Assembly (NCBI GenBank): GCA_039802265.1
Contig: JBDRWI010000030.1
Coordinates: 1 to 27,956, forward strand
Reading direction: 5' to 3'
DNA: 27,956 nucleotides
From: a candidate division WOR-3 bacterium
GTDB lineage: Bacteria > Hydrothermota > Tepidihabitantia > SM23-42 > JAOAFX01
In this document: piece after piece, positions 27,322 to 27,956 of the stretch
Numbering within the stretch: the first letter of the stretch is position 1
How the letters are laid out: each line of letters opens with the position of its first letter
Notes under the pieces: model-generated
What the model saw: the letters and a program-made list of their open reading frames with translations, nothing else
The model's database searches: none
Told to the model about the DNA's origin: nothing
Program-made: the position numbers and the translations under genes

Positions 27322-27795
27322 ATGAATTATATCCTGTTTATCTTTATCTTTACTCAAACACAAGACTCGTTAGAGAATCAGCGGTCCAAAGACTTTTCTT
27401 ACGAACAGGGATTTAGAGACGGACAATTATATGGCGAGAAAAAATTTTATCCCGGTTATTGTCTTGGTGGCTGTCTTGTTGGTGCAGGTGGTGGATGTCT
27501 CGGTGCATTAATGGATAGTAAAATGTTAACGAATATTGATGTATTCAGAACGCCTTACTCTTCAGCCGTGGGTAGCTTTTTTGCAGGCGTATTGTTATAT
27601 CGTAAACCAAAAATAGAAATTCCTCAAAACAGCATATCATCAAAAGATTCTTTATACATTAAGGGTTTTATTGATGGTTATAAGAAAGTTGTGCAACCAA
27701 AAATGACAATATGTGAAATCGGAGGATGGGTTATTGGGAGTGCAATCACAATGGGCATTGTATTTATCATCTGTCTTCCCCATGGATTGCAATAG
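27322..27795 (+). CDS. Hypothetical exported/membrane protein with duplicated YxxGFxDG + glycine-rich hydrophobic segment
   Basis: 157-aa ORF with its own promoter, short hydrophobic N-terminus, Gly-rich hydrophobic segments and an internal repeat. Confidence 0.75.
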   Translation: MNYILFIFIFTQTQDSLENQRSKDFSYEQGFRDGQLYGEKKFYPGYCLGGCLVGAGGGCLGALMDSKMLTNIDVFRTPYSSAVGSFFAGVLLYRKPKIEIPQNSISSKDSLYIKGFIDGYKKVVQPKMTICEIGGWVIGSAITMGIVFIICLPHGLQ

Positions 27796-27821
27796 ATGAT
27801 TCTTATTTCATAGGTCTATGC

Positions 27822-27956
27822 TCAACAAATTGAAGTTATAAGCCTTTTTATTGTTTCAGCGACCCCTGCCCGAGTTTCAGAAAATCTTTCATAAATTTCC
27901 TTCTCACCATTAAAGCCGATTATTGACGCAACATTCTTCAAACCATCCTTTGTTAT
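27822..27956 (-). CDS. 3' end of a gene entering from the right edge (unknown product)
   Basis: Open minus-strand frame ITKDGLKNVASIIGFNGEKEIYERFSETRAGVAETIKRLITSIC* ending at TGA 27824-27822, convergent with the previous gene. Confidence 0.5.
   Translation of the reverse strand: MTKDGLKNVASIIGFNGEKEIYERFSETRAGVAETIKRLITSIC

Noticed and set aside
27822..27956. Assigning the right-edge partial ORF as the C-terminus of a GlnE-like adenylyltransferase
   Set aside because: Only 44 aa are visible, and the resemblance is too vague to support a name.
1..27956. CRISPR arrays, tRNA/rRNA genes, IS elements, prophage or defence genes, recoded stop codons
   Set aside because: Intergenic regions are short and show no such patterns. 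All long ORFs have other assignments and intact frames.

Overview
AT-rich, gene-dense bacterial chromosomal window, mostly housekeeping and anaerobic metabolism. I saw no rRNA, tRNA, CRISPR array, transposase or phage gene. Left to right: 3' end of an M23 peptidase gene; four-subunit 2-oxoacid:ferredoxin oxidoreductase operon (korDABC, minus); a plus-strand run of GAF-GGDEF diguanylate cyclase, hypD, PflX-like radical SAM and MFS transporter; a minus-strand DUF2330-like / fold-III ornithine(lysine) decarboxylase / deoxyhypusine-synthase-like (SpeY) cluster; rtcA preceded by an uncharacterised radical SAM gene; a liv branched-chain amino acid ABC system interrupted between livK and livH by a ~870-aa secreted repeat protein with a T9SS/FlgD-type C-terminal domain; split class I fumarate hydratase; the rpmH-rnpA-yidD-yidC-jag-mnmE cluster (rpmH is missing from the ORF track) faced by a hydrogenase maturation protease instead of dnaA; and a small internally duplicated membrane protein. 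Gene content suggests an anaerobic amino-acid fermenter from an FCB-related lineage such as WOR-3 (inference only). The strongest non-genic signal is seven near-consensus sigma70 promoters that all have a 16-bp spacer and lie 5-11 nt from an ATG with no Shine-Dalgarno (leaderless or near-leaderless). There are also two covarying GTAG-type REP-like elements. All family assignments come from motif recognition, not database searches.
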